From Amoebophrya sp. A120 (Eukaryota; Protista; Dinoflagellata): a stretch of 64,000 nt of DNA. Both the position numbers and the translations under genes were made by a program. The stretch spans positions 14,281,265 through 14,345,264 of the forward strand of contig CAJINV010000001.1 of assembly GCA_905178155.1 (NCBI GenBank), given 5' to 3'. The notes beneath the pieces were generated by a model. The model was not told where the DNA came from, did no database searches, and worked only from the letters and a program-made list of their open reading frames with translations. Shown in pieces: positions 36,601 through 49,200 of the stretch (positions are counted from its first letter, which is position 1; every line of letters starts with the position of its first letter).

Positions 36601-38448
36601 ACACAAGAGTGTCGAAGCAACACCGGACGTCCATCCCACCGAAAGCACCACGGCAACCAAGAGCTGTCACACAGTAGCACCAACGATGAGGCAATGCCCT
36701 GGGGGGAAAACAAGGACAAGCATCCTCCCCATAATGTCTAAGAGCAGACAACACGCGTCATATAGTTTCAGCACTTAGAAACAGACTGACGCCGTGAAAA
36801 CGCTCCCAATCCGCCCAGTGGCAGGCATCAAGGGGCAGGGGCATAGAGCGACACGACCAGACAACCAACCCGACCAGGTAACCCGACCTGCCTTGCCACA
36901 GAGCAGACGGGGACCAGACAGTGGTGGCGGCAAAATTTCCGACGCCACACAAACCGCCAGAAACCCATCGACAGCAACCAAGGAGAGGGGGACAGCAGAA
37001 ACAGATCCAAGCGACAATGCACTCAGAACTGGCGGGGAAGAGGAGAACGAGGGGCTGCAAGCCTTCGCACCAAATCCACCAGCACCACCATCGAGGACAA
37101 CCCCAAACCAAGGAGGCATCAACAGGAATCCCACGTAGGAGAACCTACGCGACGGCCGGGGCGAAGTCCATCTACTCACCTAACGCCTGCCGGTGTAGCA
37201 ACCACGGACCAGGGTAGTACATCCTGCAACGGGAATAACAGCCCCGGGGCGGAAGACTACAGCACTGGGAAGGAGGTCCGAGAAGGTCCCAGAAGAAATA
37301 CTAAGGGGGCACACAGGAAGGTCCGAGAAGAGAACGCTGTAGAGGCTCCGGCTGGAACTGGGAAGCCGCGTGTTGGCGACCACGCGGGAACACTCGTGCA
37401 CCCGCAACGCAAATGCTGTTGATGAGGAACCAAGGTTGCTGGCCCATCGAGAACGACGAGCAGCTGCGTCCACAGAACCGACCTGAGCTGGGAGAGTGCG
37501 GACTCCGCGACCTAGTAGTCCGCCTGTCCCGATGAAAGTCTTGATTGGCGCCGCGCAGAACAAGGTCTGGGCGCTGTGCAGGATGAAGGTCCTGAAAACG
37601 GTGCACGACGCTAACGGAATCAGTCGATTTTTCCGCTTCTCTTGCTTGTCCCGTGGCCGCTGCTTCTGTCCCGACGCTACTGGTTTAGGTGCATATTGCC
37701 CGACTTCCTGGTCGTACACGGGCGCCCTCACGTAGCGTCTTGCCTCAGTCTGGGGTTAATTCGGTGTGCATATGCATCTAGGAATGAGTGCATAACCCGA
37801 CGTACGTGTGTTGCAGAGCAGGCAAGTGAGGCCGATTGTAAGCCTGTTTGGGGCTACAGCTCGAGCTGCTAAAAGCATGAGAAAATCGCTCTTCTTTGCC
37901 TAAACAGCATGACAAACTGGATTTAGGGGCCACCGAAATTTGTCATGCGCCACTTACAAACTGGCTTCCAACTGGCATCCATTTTAATATGCATGACAAA
38001 TTATTTCAACTTTGTCGATTTCAACTCTGACACATCCATACTTGGGCATCTGATTGTAGTACTCCGTGAGCGGTGGCTTCGGCTTTGGCAGGGCGCCTTC
38101 TGGGACCTCCTCCACGGCCCCCGTTCCACCGTTCAGCGAAGCCTCGAAGCCTTCCGCTTGCTTGGCCAGTTGCGCGCTTTGTTCGGCGCTCAAGTCCTGC
38201 ATTTTCGCTGCCCGTGAAATCACCGCGGCGTTCCCTAGCGGATTGGGGAAGTCGTAGCCTCCCGAGCGGGCCGCGGAATCGGCGAACGTGTCCTCGTCTT
38301 TTTCGGCGGAGATGTACTCGTGGTTGGGGGCAGGGTGCTCCTGGTCGGCGTTGCCGAAGTTGTAGACTCCTCTATTCTTCTCCTCCAGCGTTAATTCTGG
38401 CTCCTCGGATTTCTGAACGTTCTTCTCGAGATCCGTGGTATGGAAGTG
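33634..38448 (-). CDS. Multi-exon Cys-rich hypothetical protein with CxCxxxC repeats; exons ~38448-38041, 36290-36182, 35909-35258, 34924-33634; possible first exon 39247-38897
   Basis: Removing insert 36296-38040 gives MPK|QSWTYE...KPCEGGGKCELVK. GT-AG introns 35910-36181 and 34925-35257 keep frame into the Cys-rich ORF 35155..35955 and ORF 33634..34932. Acceptor choices are inferred. Confidence 0.55.
36296..38040. mobile_element. Long introner-family TIR element, 1745 bp, with ~1.45 kb internal cargo
   Basis: ~52-bp TIR TATGGATG(C/T)GTCAG..TTGAAATCG.CAAAGTTGAAATAATTTGT.ATGCAT; perfect direct repeat CTTGG (36291-36295 / 38041-38045); 37815-38040 homologous to the 41740-42045 element. Confidence 0.92.
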
Positions 38449-40270
38449 CTGCACAGTGGGAAATCATGAAGAAGATGATGGCCGACGGATGAAGATTCCT
38501 CGCAACATGACATGAAATAATGCGGTGAAAGTTGAAGCAGCTGCAAAGGAAGCACTGCTTGAAGCTAGTTTAAGTTTTTGTATAGCGGTGCTAGTACGGA
38601 TTCGAATCGATTATAGAGTCATGAACGAGGCAAATGTGGTCTCTGGAAGACAGAGCCACACAGACGCGCTGTGGTTTGCCGGAGACAACAACATGTCAAA
38701 AGCAGAGTCACTCCATGCAATTGTCAAACCTCGGAAGTCGTGGGCGCAAGCGCTGTACGAAGAGTGCAGATGCAGCAAGCTCATGTGTTTTTGTTTCATG
38801 ACTTACAGGTGGAATCGAGGACAAGAACGCAAATCAATTACAGTAGCTGCAGTTCATCCTGTTGACGATTTCCCACGACCTGACGCATTGATATACTCCC
38901 TCCTCCGCGGCTTCGGTGCCACTATTTGAATTTGCTGCCGCCAAGCCGTCATCGGATGACGCGAACGCCGTTGCTCCTCGAGCTGTTCCTTTAGCGAAAG
39001 GGCCACCTGACATGAGGAGCGGAGTACTATGCTTCGCAGGGTTGTAGGCTAAGGAGGTGCCGCGTTCGCTCGCTGCATGTTTCAAATCCATTCGGGGTAT
39101 CGAGGGCCTCCTCATCCCGGGTGCAGAGAACGACTCAAACGAAGCTGTGTTGCTGCTTTCTGTCCCGGTAGTAGTGGTAGTTCGTCTACTACTCGGAGGC
39201 CACGGCGACAGGAGCTCTTCCAAAAAAGCAGCAACACGATGACCCATTGTTATGATGAACGTTTCGAATTTATTGGTCCGACAGACCGATTGATACTGAT
39301 TCTTCAGGAAGGAAGAATGAAAATGAGCACTGTAGTTTCATCTATTGTTTCAGGTTCTCTTAGCCTATGGTATTGGTAAGTTTGTTCACTTTCTTTTTTT
39401 TTTTGATCAACATCCACCACGACCACCTCGCTCCTGTTAATATTCCTTCCCGAATATAATGACTTCTGCCTCGCTTCACCTACCACGCAGTCGCACATCA
39501 GACGTCAACATCGCCGATAGAAACTACACTTACGTATCCCGACGCACTCCAAAAATCTAAGCAGTAGCTAGCAGGCTCTTGTGAATGAATTGTACGAAAG
39601 ATGACAAAATATTCAACCATACAAAACTAACAGCAGCTGCAGGTGTCTCCGCTCTATCTCGAGGCCTCTCCGCTAACTCGTCTTTGTCTCATCTCGATTG
39701 CCGCTGTCAGCAAATATGAATAACTTTCACTTTCACCACTCTGCATTGACTACAATCAACATCAATACGATACAACGAGGAGGACGTGGCCTCGCTTTTC
39801 TGCGAAGGACGAGTACAAAGACGTCGAACACAAACACAATTTTCACAAGCCAGAGCCAAGCGGCTCCTGATTGGAACTAGCGCTTGCGTCACTTCTACGT
39901 ATTTCGTTTCTTGTTACGTCGGTGCTTCGAAATCGAAGATAAGGCAAATCTCAAGAAAAATCTTAAAATGCATATCAGAGGGAGTAGTGTTGTTCGTCTT
40001 ACGTCGGGGGCGTCGCATCAACTGCTTCAGGCACTATCGCAATTGATGTAGCAAATCGTCTTCGGCGTAGCAGGACGACACAACCGAAAGCAACCAGGCG
40101 CGAGACAAGCAATGCGCGGATAGAAAGAGAAACACAAATAGTCGCTGGCACAAAAGAAATGCTTTAGCTTTCAAAGATGCTGGGCGACAAATAGCAGCAT
40201 GCTCCTGATGAATCTACTGGTGCTAAGCCTAAGGAACGCGTGACTTTAACATTTCGCAGTACCAGCTGCA

Positions 40271-43200
40271 CTATCCACCGAAGCCGACGCTTTTCACTTC
40301 CTCTGCATCCGACACCTCAAATCTCGGCGATGCGGCTCCGCTGGCTGCAGCAAAACTTCTGTTACTCGCTCCTCCATCATCGTCGTCGAGTAGAAGAGGT
40401 ACTGATGGTGCTCCCTCGCCTTCCACCTTCTGCGCCAGAAGATTTCCGTTGCGGTTCTTTAGGCCTGAAGATGTGTCCCCCACTACAGCTTGCTGATCGA
40501 CTTCGGCTTGCTGTGTTGATATTACAACCTCATCTTCGTCCTCGGGGTCCGGTCGAGGAGGCCGCTGTGCTGTTTTTGCAACTGCTGCAAGATCGTCCTG
40601 CGATACGTCTACAACTACGCTATCCGGACTCATAGAAGTAGTTGCAGTCGCGTTTATTCCCTCTGCTCTATCAGCTTCAGCTCGTTCTCCGCCACCTCGT
40701 TCTTGCGCCTGCTCTTGCACATCTTCTTCATCGTCCGGCTTTATGTTCTTCAAAGCTTCTGGACTAGGAAGCGGGACGTCGTGGCGGCTGAGGCGCTTCC
40801 CGTGCCGATCCAGAAGTTGGTCGCGACACAGCTGGAGAATGTCCACCTCTGCGCCGTCGTCCTTATGCATGGCGACGAAGACGGCCGCCGACTTGCGGTG
40901 CTGCAGCGCCTTGCCCCCGGGCAGCACGTGCTCGAAGGCGTTCTTGCGGTTCGCGTCGGACAGCATGAGCTCGAGGTCCAAACTGCTGTAGTTGTTCGCG
41001 TTCATGCCTTCCTTGTCCGACTTGGATTTGTTTATGTACTGGGGGGCTTTGTAGCCGCGGAACGTCCTCTTGAAGTAGAGCGCCGCGAGAAACCAGCGGC
41101 TCCGCTTCGCGAGCGCGCCGCCGCCCCGGGCCGTGGCCTCCACGCACTTGGGAAAGTTGTCCTTCCACTCCTTCACGTTCAGCATGCCGTCGCCGGATTC
41201 GTCGCACACGTCAAAGATCACCTTCGTGTAGAAGATGCACCGCTCCAGGTCCAGGTCGCCCTTGATGGTCTCTACTACGTACTTGGCGACGTCCTCAATC
41301 AGCAGCAGTTGCTCATTCGCCTCGTCGTCCTCTTCGTGCTGGTTGGACTCCACCTTGTGGGCCGTGTGCCGCTCGGCCGACGTTTGCTCGAGCCGCTCCC
41401 GCCGGTCCGCCTCGGAGGCGTAGCCGTACTTGCGCGCGATCCACTTGTACAAAAGCGTCAGCTCGTGGTCCCGCAGCTCGCAGGGCGCCGCGGGGTCGCT
41501 GACCGCCACGTGGAGGCTGTTGTAGAGGAAGAAGTGGTCGGAGTTCGCCACCAGCACGTAGCACCACAACATCCAGATGAGGGGCGGGAGGGCGGCGAGC
41601 GCCATCTGCAAGCCGAGAAACCCGTACACCCCCACGCCCAGCCAGTTGTCCTCCCCCGCGCAGAGCTGGGCGGACACCACGGCGATGAAATAGCACTGCG
41701 GCACGGTGCGGCGGCTGACGCGGTCCAGGTCGTTCACCATATGGATGTGTCAGAATCAAAAGCGACAAAATCGAAAGATTTGCGATGCATAAAATGTAGG
41801 GCACTGAAGGCCTGTATTGGGGAGCAGGCAAATGAAACCGATTGCAAGCCTGTTTAGGGGTACGCCCTGCGCTGTCAGAGTAGCATGACAGGAGCAGTCT
41901 TCTTTGCCTAAACAGCATGACAGACTGGCCTTGGGTGCTCCCGAAATTTGTCATGCGCCACTCGGAAACTGAGGCTCCGACTGGTATCGATTTTGTGCAT
42001 CACAAATTCTTCGACTTTGACGATTTCAATCCTGACGCTTCCATACACCACCAGCGGGCCGTACTTCTGCATCAGCAGTTCGCCGACCATCACCGCAATC
42101 ACGCAGGACGCGTTCATCACGGTTAGGTAGAGAAGCAAGGCCTCGAAGTAGGAAATTTCCGTCATCGTGGTCGGCGCCTCTTCCACCGCGTTGGCACGGA
42201 AATTCTGCAGTGCGATGTAGGCGAGAAAGCCACTCATGAACCGGGGCATCAAGTTGTGCGGCCCGACGGTGAAGGTGGAAAACGCAAAGGTACCCAGCAG
42301 CGTGGCGGGCAGGGCCACCCGGTACATCCACAGACTCGCGTCGCGCTCCACCTCCGTGACGAGGTTCACACTCTGGTGGTCCCGTCGGACGTACGCGGAG
42401 TGGATCGGCCACGTCGGGTTCCAGTTCATGGAGTAGACCTCGTTGTTCGGAATCCCCGGGTGCTTCTCCCCGGGCGCGTAGCGTTGCTCGAACAGCAGCG
42501 CCGCGGCGCGCTCCGCGTCCGTCGCGAGCGCGGGCTGGTACCCGCGCCACGGGGGCACCAGGTGGCTCCCGCTGCGCCACACCTCGAAGTCGTACTCCCA
42601 AAACAAATCGGTGTTCGCGTTTTCAAACTTCGCGGACAGCGCCTGTCGGTCGTAGGGGTAGTAGTCCCAGAAGGGGGTGACGGGGCAGTCCACGGCGCGC
42701 ACCTGGTACTCGTAGTACACGATCGGGTACCGCACCTCCGCCAGGCGCTTCCCGACGGCCTCGAGCTTGGCGCAGTCCTCCACGGTGACTTTGGGAAGCC
42801 AGATGAGCAGGTCGGCCTCCAATTGGTCCAGCACTGCGTCGTGGTACACACCGTTAGTCACTCGCACGCGGTCGTCCTTGTACATCTGGGTCACGGTGAA
42901 GTAGGCCGTGAACTGCGTCTCGTCGAACTTGTCAAACTTGTACCAGAACACGTTCGCGAGCGCGGATATTTGTCCGGACGAGCTCGGGCCGAAGGTCATC
43001 GCGCGGGTTTCCTTCACGTTGCACTTCTGCCCCAGGAACCCGGGGTTGCACGCGCAGTAGCCCTCCTCGAAGCCGAGCTTCGGCACGTCCATGCACTTCC
43101 CGAAGTTGCACTCAATCTGGTCGAAGAAGCAGGGCCCGGCCTCGTACGCCAGCGGCAGGGTGGTCTTCTGTCCCGGGCTGCGGAGCTGCGCGACGTGTGC

Positions 43201-44601
43201 GGACGTCACCTGGCTGGCCTGCTGGAACCGCGTGATCTCCTGCATCTGGTCCTGAATGTTCAACAGTGCGTACGTCAGCCCCGAGGAACGGATGCCCCAG
43301 TTCCGAATGTTATCCCCCTTCTGCTGCTTCAGCGTGCCCGTCATCCCATTCATCTCGACGCCATCCGCCAGCGCCGACGCAAACGTCGGGAACGTGCCGT
43401 TCGCGTACTTCTCAAAGCCCAGCGCCGCCGCCACAACGGCGTCGTACACATAGACGCCGTAGGCTTCGCAGCTTGCGGACAACACGCGGCGATTCGCGAC
43501 TTCCATGTCGGTGGCGCCCCCGCCGGTGGTCAGGCCGAGCGCGCTCGCGGTGGGCAGTGGTCCCGTTCCCATTTCGGAAAACCAGATATCGCGGAGGTAG
43601 GTGAGCTTGGTTTGCACCTTGTCCTTTGGCATCACCGACACCAAACCGTAGTAGTTCGGCTCGAAGCTGGCGCCCGCCGCGCCGAGGGACACGCCCGCCC
43701 AGGACCAGGGCTGCACGGCGGACTTCCCCGCCATGCCCCTCGCCGCGGCGGTGGCGAGCATGCGGGCCATGCTGCTGGGCGACAGGTTGATGTACACCGC
43801 CACGCGTGCGACCCCGGCCTCCATTGCCCGGACCGTGGTATCGTACTCGTGCTGCAACCCGGGGGTAACCTGGTACCGGGTCAGACTGCCCGCGGTGCTG
43901 TTGGCGGATGCGGGCACCAGGCTGTTGTAGGTCTCCTGGAACACGTCGATAAACCCGGTGGACCAGGAGTCGGGCTCATGGATGCAGGCGAAGAACTTCC
44001 AGCCGAACTCGTTCACGAACACCCGGGCCATCTGCTGCGCCACCAGGGCGTCGTTGGGGTACACGCTGTAGAAGTTTTGGTAGTAAGTGGGGAATTTCAA
44101 AAACACGGGGCTGGCGGCCCCCCACCCGACCAAGGGCGTGTCCAGGTTCTTCTCCGCAAAGTACTTGTGCGAGCTGATCGTGTCCGAGCTGTAGTAGTAC
44201 GCGATGTATCCGTGAGGCGGACTGGTCGCTTCCTGCGACGCCTTTACCAGGGCATACCCGCTAGCATACGCGTTGCGGTCTTGCGTGGACAGGTCGACGG
44301 TCACGTTCTTCAACGTCGCAATCTCCGGCACGATGCTGTCATTCCGCGCGTTCACGTGCCGGGCCGCGATCACGGCAATACCTGCCCACGTGTCGCAACA
44401 ACTCTCCCACGAGTAGGGACACGCGAACGTCAGCCGCGCGACCTGGTCCTGCGCTGAAACCAGCGAGAGCGGAAATAGAGTGGTCGCGATGAAGATCATG
44501 AGCGGGTTTCTTGACCACGCTCTGGAGGAAAAGGAAAGGATCATCCTCGGTGCCGTACTTGGATGGGGTGTAGCTTCAGGCAGTGAAGTAGAAGGGGGCA
44601 T
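40271..44601 (-). CDS. Pentameric ligand-gated ion channel-like (Pro-loop) protein fused to an N-terminal Venus-flytrap/ANF-receptor domain and EGF, with C-terminal EF-hand; ~1,339 aa, two exons
   Basis: Signal-like N-terminus; AARHVN...YYSSDT...PLVGWGAASP...FYSVYPND...FGWK (class C GPCR/ANF-type binding domain); EGF CNFGKC...CACNPGFLGQKC; IWLPKV and YYPYDRQ (pLGIC WxP and Pro-loop); four TM segments; EF-hand DESGDGMLNVKEW. Junction GPLVV|NDLDRVSR after insert removal. Confidence 0.8.
41740..42045. mobile_element. Introner / non-canonical intron, 306 bp
   Basis: Imperfect ~50-bp TIR starting TATGGA; perfect direct repeat CACCA (41735-41739 / 42046-42050); removing 311 nt fuses ORFs 41908..44601 and 40271..41740. 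Confidence 0.92.
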
Positions 44602-46207
44602 GTCTGCAGCACACGGAGAGTTGCGAAGTGTAGTGCAAGTCCCTGCTGGTCAGACAAGTAGCCAAGGGCGGAGGGCGGGACGAGCTCGAGCTTCTGAGTC
44701 TTTTAACTACTGTCTGACTTACACAAGTCTACTAGAAAAGGTTGCGAATGATATTACTGCGAATACAAGCTTTACACCCGTGCGCGCACGCCGCAACGAT
44801 ATCGGACCCGGCCGAGGACGAGACCCGAATCACGAATATCCATCACGACTTCTGCTCTTGTGGTTGTGCCGCCTAGTAACTGTTTTACCGTCATTGAAAA
44901 ATTTCTGCAGTTCTACAGCTACAACTAGCTGCAACAGCGATACTTGACGCGACATCAATCCTCACATTGTCATCTTCATACTGCAATAGATTGTATCACC
45001 TGTATCTTGTTCTTCGTGGTCAAAATAGTGGGAATTTGTGAAAAATGCAGGGGGGCGGGGTGAAGGCAACCCAAACCTGTTGTGCATGAAAATCCAAATC
45101 GAAATAAGCAGCATGCGTATGTTGTTTACGAGTATATCAGAATCGGCAAGTGCTGGCGATGTTGTTGGTCATAATACTATCGCATTGTTACCTGCTGGTA
45201 ACTCGTATACAAATTGCACGATATTACCGGAATCGTGTTGTAGTGCGATTGTTTTTGGGTATTAGACGCGACCGTTAAAGAAGATGATGCACGAGCACGA
45301 AGGTGTCACTGGGCATAACCGAGCCACAGATCTACGATTGGTTACCGAGGAGCACGAATACAGGAATAGGAGTTATAGAAAACCGATAATGTAGCTTGGA
45401 GTTTGTGCATCTAGATTGTTGGCTCATTTTACCTTTGGTATGCACGACTACCGACAGCGAGTTATGCTTGCGTCGGTTGAACGAAACCGAATATTGCCGA
45501 TCGTTCTTTTATTGTCAGAAGTATTAGTATGTTCGGCTCGACCGTCAGCACCATTACGAAAGTCAAGGTTTGATTTTGCCATGGACGTCGTTGAAGGGCC
45601 AGGGTGTATAGACCGATTCGCGATTTTTCATTGTTTTGAATTGACGGAAAAACGCTGGTGACATTACGTCGCGTTCACTTTTTGTCAACACTTCCGCCGG
45701 ACAGTTCGTTCGTCTGCATCGCGATCGCCCTTGCCAATGAATACCTTCAGCAAGAGATTATCCAGCACCAGAACAGCAGGCTTACTACCTAGCTAATCGT
45801 AATCATGCAATACATGGTCAGCTGCATCGCAACCGCAAATGTGACAGTCTTGTGTCGTCATCATTCAACAACATTGAAAAGAAAAAAAAAACACCTGCCG
45901 GTGAGGAAGAAGTAGCTTTTTGTTTATTCCGCAGCGTCACGTATCACGACGCGTTGATCCACATGGGTGCGCGCGACGCACCTTCGTCAAGAAGGCGGCA
46001 AAACCAAAAATGTAGTTTGTAGAAGTTGTAAAAAGAAGTAAGGACAAAACTATCGTCAAACATAGCTAAAGCGAAATCTCGCAACATCTGTAACTCGTCT
46101 GATGCTGTGTCCTCCGTGCAGAGAAGGCATAAAGCAAAAGCTATTCTTCCATCATGAAAACGATCGCGATCTTCGCCATACCTATCTGTCCTACAGGGTC
46201 TTCAGTT

Positions 46208-49200
46208 TCAATGCTTAGACTCCAGTCGGCTAACGGGTGCGTTAGCAAAGCTCTGCGGCACAAAGTCGACCGCCTTGCCGTTTACAAAATACCGAACGTG
46301 TATTACGGGATCTGGCTTCGTTTCAAGATCAACCTCGCGCTCCTTGTGGCCATTTCGAAAAAAGTGCACGTTTCCCTTCGGACTCCCGGGTGGAGGACTG
46401 CGAGGCAACGGCCGAAACTCGCCGACTGTTGGGTCCCACTTCCCTTGAACGAAATAGCGGGTATCTGAGTTCTGCTTCTCGATCGTGAGAGAGTTCTGGC
46501 GACTCAAGGGATTTGAAGTTGCCCGTTCCAGTGCAGGCACTCCGGCAGAAGAAGCACCAATCGGCGAAGTAGGATAAACATCGTTGCCACTGGCGTTCGT
46601 GGCGCTCACCAGGGAGACCTCGTCTGAAGCTGGGAAGTAAAACGTGCTGCCCCCACTGGAGCGACCACTACCTCCGTCCGCACCAGACGCCTGCCGCACA
46701 ACACTGATTTGCACTTTGTGCGTGGAAACCGGAGCGCTAGCGAGGCCGGCCGTGCAAAACTCGCTCTGGCGCGTACGCTCGTCATACTGCAATCCTTCAT
46801 GCAAAGGGAAAAGCCCCACCATCGAGCCTGGCGTCTCCGGACGGAAAAAGTGCAAATCGTCTTCCAATTCCGGAAAGTCGATTTCTTCCAACGCTTGCAA
46901 AATGCAGCTCCTCCGGTAGATGCGAAACTCGAGTTGACTTCGCGTCAGCAACGCTGCGTAGGGCGACGCAGTAAAAGCGCCGACTGTAGTTGTCGGTTTC
47001 GCTTGTGGTGCGGAAGGATTTCTTGTAAAGCTACCTCCGCCTCCTGCAGTTCTTCCTCCATCAGTACTGCTGCCTTCACTGGAGGCCGTCGCGTCGGTCC
47101 GGAACACATCAATTGCCCGGCCACTCCTAGCACCTCCGCCGGACGTCGATGAAGGGGAACTGCTTCCGCCTCCGTCGGTCGTCGCAGTGGTCGACACAGC
47201 GGCGTTTGACCGCTCGCCGCGCATCCAACGACCTGCCGCTAGGCGGTCCGCCACTGCCTGGTGGTTTCCCTGCGGCGCTCCTGCACCAGAGGAAGCGCCA
47301 GCGCGAGCTGCTTGGTCCCCGCTCATCATGACTTCCATATAGGCCGTGAGCTTGCTGTCGGCCATCATGCGCGACTTCAGATCCGACCGCAGCCACAGGT
47401 TGCGGTCCGGGTCCAGCGCCGCCGTGTCCGAGAGCGCAGCCGACGGGTAGCTCTCCATGTACGTGACTCCATCCGCCCCGGCAAACACGGCCGATTCCCG
47501 ACCCTGCTGCTGCTGGTAAAAGGAATTCATCGGCGTTTGAAAGAACTCCTCGGGGTTTGGGATCGTGGCCCTCGTCGGCCGCTGCAGCGTCGCAACCTGG
47601 GGCGCGTTCGCGTCGAACATCACATTCTTCGCCTGCAGGGGAGGAATTTTGGAGTTCGTCCGGGGCAACAAGTTGCTTTCGTTCGTTCTTTCGGTAGAAG
47701 AAGTATCGACCTCCAGACGCTCCACGCCGTCTTCGTTCACAATCAGGACGCGTGGGAGCGGCGTGCCGTCGTTCTCAAGAAGATCCGCGTCGTCCTCCTC
47801 AACGATCAAATCTTGGGCGATTTCGTGATTGCGATGCCCGGATTTGGTGTATGGAGTGACGTCGTACAAGGCGTAGTAGAGAACATCCATGCCGTTCTCG
47901 CAATCTTGGACCAGCTTCTTCAACGATCCGGCTGCTTCACTTCCCCCGCTCTTCAAATTTGCTACTTTTGCTTGAGTTGCAGCTTGTTTACCTTGTTTCT
48001 TGCCGGTACCGTTGGATGTTGAAGAAGCAGATGCTACTGTGCTGTCCTCGGAATTCGTTCGCGGCCTGCTTCTCGGCGGCACCGTTGCCCTTGTAGTCGC
48101 CGTGGTGGAACTCGCTGTAGACGCAAGTGTACTCAAGTTTGAGTTTGTACGGGCGGCCGCGGCAAGTTTTGACGTCGTCACCGTTCTACTCGTGGTCGTT
48201 CCGCGTGCGTGCGCAGAGTGCAATGTCCAACCGTCAAACATGTTCAAGTCGTCCGCAGCTTCACTCGAGGCAGCGTAGGAGCTGAGTCGCACTTCTTGCG
48301 ATCCAAGCTTGTGCCCGGCATGTTGCTCCCCACTATCTGACATGGCGGTGGAAAATTTTCGTTCTGGATAAGAAGCGGGTCCTTGAAGCACGATCTCGCT
48401 GGGGGTACCGCGACTGTCACCGTCTTGCTGAGGCGATTGCTTTTTTCCGCCCGAGGAGGAGGACCCGCTGGCAGCTTCTTGCGGCATGCTTGGTGGCGCA
48501 GTGGCCTCCTTCTTGCCTTCTGTATCCTCCTGTTTGATTTTTTCCACGAGTGCCCGCTCCATCTTGCGCAGGATCCGCCGGGTGTGCGTCAGGCAAAGCT
48601 GCAGATTGGAGTGGTCAATGAACAACCCGCAGACCATCAAAGTGCGACTCAAGTTCACCACCTCGTGTGGGGTCTGGGCCGGATTGAACAAAACTTCGCC
48701 GGCCTTGAGAACAAAGTCCAGGCGCCGGGGACGCGGGCGCGAGGGCGGATGGGATTTTTCCAGCTCCTCCAATTTTTCCACACTGGGAAAGGCGAACGGC
48801 GGCTCCTCGTGTGTCGGCGTCGGATGCAGGAGGTGCGCGTCGTCCGGGTGAAACAAGGTCCACTTCTTCTCGCCCTCCACCAGGTAACACCAGAAGTTTG
48901 TCGGCCAGGGGTCGACGTGCAGCGCCGTTTTCGTGCCGGTGTTGCCGAGGAACAGCGAGGGATGCACGTACGCGCTGCCGTGCAGGGTTTTATTCCGCGT
49001 GCGGTGCTTGAAGCAGTGAAGAAAGTACGCCGGCACCCGGACGTGCTTCTGGAACATCCAGGGAAACTGGGTCGCAATGGCCGAATCCTTCAGGTACACC
49101 CCGCCTTTGGAAGTCGCGGTCGAAGGAGGAGGAACAGAGGAGGAGCCTGAGCTGCCGCTGTTTTCAGCTACAACTACCTTGGCCTTGGCTTGTCTTTCCG

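Noticed and set aside
42256-44457. Long plus-strand ORFs (733 aa here; also 33586..34971, 40703..41857, 5085..6113)
   Set aside because: Antisense shadows of GC-rich minus-strand genes; no recognisable motifs.
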